This document shows, in pieces, positions 57,635 to 64,000 of a stretch of DNA of 64,000 bases. The notes beneath the pieces were generated by a model. It saw nothing but the letters and a program-made list of their open reading frames with translations. It was not told where the DNA came from and searched no databases. Position 1 is the stretch's first letter. The number at the start of each line of letters is the position of its first letter. Source of the DNA: Eledone cirrhosa (taxonomy: Eukaryota); the NCBI GenBank assembly GCA_964016885.1, contig OZ024759.1:14570001-14634000 (forward strand). The letters are read 5' to 3'. The position numbers were made by a program, and so were the translations under genes.

Positions 57635-58371
57635 CAGTGCTACCGAGGAGCTCTACCAGTTCGAGACAAGCTCTACAGACATGGGCGCCCGGGCAGGGAC
57701 CCTGCAAAAAAGATCTGTCCGAGGTGCGTGCGAGACGAAGAAACCGTCGCGCACGCATTCATACACTGCCCGGGCGTCACTGACCTGTGGGGGTATGTAG
57801 AACGACTATTGTCGCGGGTGGGACCAGTCCAGTTGACCACCGAGTCCATTGTCATGATCAAACCGCCACCCTCCTTCAAAAACGAAGGAGAGGCGGTTTT
57901 CCTTTGTGTGATAGCTAGGGCGAAAGAGGTTGTATGGTGGACAAGGTTGAAAGGGCTGAGGTCAGACACCTTTCTCTCCGGCCAACAACTGATTCTTTTT
58001 TTCAAATACCACTTTGGAAGAAGAATCAGGATGGAGAGAGAGGTGCTGTACCGCAGCAAGTTTTATGAAAGGTGGGTGAAAGTGGCGAGAATGGCCCGAG
58101 TGAATGGGCCTTCTCTCTATATCAGCCTGTAGGTTGAGGAAAAGGAGGAGGAGAGGAAAGGAGTACAAGCTCTTCGTACTCCTGGAGATGAGGGTTGCAC
58201 ATTTTTTTTCGGGGGTATGTGTTACCCATATAAACTGTCTCCCTCTATTGGGGAAAATCGACTAACTTTTAAATTCCATCTGTGATAACATTTTACACGT
58301 TTTTATTGTATGTAAACTTCCCCCTTTGTATTTGTCCCCTTCTTTTGTGCCCCTGTGGCTAATAAAGAAAT
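57635..58371 (+). mobile_element. 5'-truncated L1/Tx1-like retrotransposon (C-terminal zinc finger plus 3'UTR) inside (TATC)n
   Basis: [25 protein letters not shown]...AKEVVWWTR; stop at 58132; AATAAA at ~58360; (TATC)n on both sides. Confidence 0.85.
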
Positions 58372-58372
58372 A

Positions 58373-58439
<67 letters not shown>

Positions 58440-58717
58440 ATCTGTCTGTCAGTTTATCTACGTATATGTGTCTGAGTGTGAGTTTCTCTCATCGTCAGTG
58501 TGTATGTGTGCGTGTGTGTCACCACCATCACCACCCAGCACCACCACCATCATCATCACACTCGTTCTTCGTCGCTGGTACTATTAAACATTTGCTATCA
58601 ACATTTCCAATGAAATACATTGTCTTCTCTTGCAAGCTTTCGGAGATTCTCTTTCTATAACTGCATGACACTTTTCTTCTCGCCATTTCTTGACCCCTAT
58701 ATATTATATATTTATAA

Positions 58718-58810
58718 GAAGGCATAACATATTGTTAATATGATATCCCTGAAATATATATAACGAAATAAATATGGTTTTATAAATATAGTTTCCATTT
58801 ATTTAATATC
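58718..58810 (+). mobile_element. pLTR fragment of the 37233 family; inverted pieces at 62349-62392 and 62450-62493
   Basis: gaaggcataacatattgttaatatgatatccctgaaatatatataa...tttccatttatttaatat matches 37509-37601. Confidence 0.8.
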
Positions 58811-62543
<3,733 letters not shown>

Positions 62544-62749
62544 GATAAAAGGTTATCGTTTTAGGTAATCCAGTTAGAGGTTGTGAGTAGTCTGTACTAT
62601 GGATAGTTTTAACGTACGGCGTTGTTTGAATCAATAAGGGGTTTCCTTAGTTAGGTAGCGAGTTTGAGAGAATTCCCATGTAGGTTATTCTTGGAGTAAT
62701 AATAGTGAAAGAGTGAAGAGTAACATGGTCAGCTGTACAAATATTACAG

Positions 62750-62858
<109 letters not shown>

Positions 62859-63048
62859 CCTGCTATTTCAAGCGTTAAACTAATATATATCTTCAATGTA
62901 CTGTGTCGTTTGATTTGGTATTTCTGTTTATTTTTCATTCAGACACACACACACACACAGACACACACAGACACCTCCCCCCCCCCATATATATATATAT
63001 ATGCATACATATATATCCAGGGAGTGTAACGCGGAGTTACTGTAGATT

Positions 63049-63074
<26 letters not shown>

Positions 63075-63084
<10 letters not shown>

Positions 63085-63154
63085 TATACATATGGTTGGT
63101 TGCCTTTTTATATATATATATACAAAGGTAACCAATCATATATATATATATATA

Positions 63155-63238
<84 letters not shown>

Positions 63239-63317
63239 TATACATATGGTTGGTTGCCTTTATATATATATATATATATACAAAGGTAACCAACCATATA
63301 TATATATATCTGTATAT

Positions 63318-63388
<71 letters not shown>

Positions 63389-63466
63389 AAGGTAACCAAT
63401 CATATATATATATATCTGTATAGATATATATATATATACAAAGGTAACCAATCATATATATATATA

Positions 63467-63503
<37 letters not shown>

Positions 63504-63532
63504 ATAACCAATCATATATATATATATATATA

Positions 63533-63589
<57 letters not shown>

Positions 63590-63645
63590 TATATATATAT
63601 ATGTATACAGATATATATATATATATACGATTGGTTGCCTTTTTG
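63075..63645. repeat. Short motif (aaaggtaaccaatc...tctgta) repeated in both orientations within (TA)n
   Basis: Forward at ~63124, 63282, 63388, 63440 and 63500; reverse (ttggttgcctt) at ~63096, 63250 and 63631. Confidence 0.88.
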
Positions 63646-64000
63646 CATCTGTAACCTGTAAATAAAACCCAATAAAAGAAGTAAACTCAAACAAACAAAA
63701 CAAGACTAAACGAAAACAACGAAAGAAAACAACGAAGGTCTAAACGACAACACGACAAAGTGTTTGGAAGTGTGCCATGCAGTCGATTGAAGTTCAGTTT
63801 GTAATACACTTCATGGTTTGACATCATTTTTTTTTAATAACACCATTAACAGTAAAATCTTATTAATAATTGACATAGCACTACTTAATGGGTACTATAA
63901 TGTCGTGTTGTAGTGAACTGTTAGGCAAGAATGAACGAAACACCAAACTTCAGATATTGAATAAAACGATAGCAAATGCATAGAATATATATATATTTTA

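Overview
Repeat-saturated, AT-rich animal genomic DNA. The SINE family and the extreme (TA)n/(CA)n/(TATG)n load suggest an octopus or other cephalopod; this is an inference, not checked. No intact protein-coding gene is supportable, and almost all long ORFs in the track are microsatellite read-throughs. Main contents: (i) a ~15.4 kb tandem satellite (5372-20830) of a 77-bp monomer with ~1538-bp higher-order repeats, a block duplicated 7538 bp downstream, and two inverted monomers; (ii) over 20 copies or fragments of a tRNA-derived SINE, mostly in clusters; (iii) decayed 3' fragments of non-LTR retrotransposons (CRE-like, R4/Dong-like, RTE-like, Tx1/L1-like) and a non-autonomous RTE-UTR-like element; (iv) about ten short elements from several largely unrelated families, set in (TA)n, that carry type I hammerhead ribozyme cores, several as long fold-back palindromes, as expected for Penelope-like pLTRs. 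Group (iv) is the most interesting. It includes a U3-A8 compensated core, a multi-copy half-hammerhead family, and a shared RCTCY...GAGYRC stem-loop downstream of the ribozyme. All folds were deduced by eye and coordinates of decayed elements are approximate.
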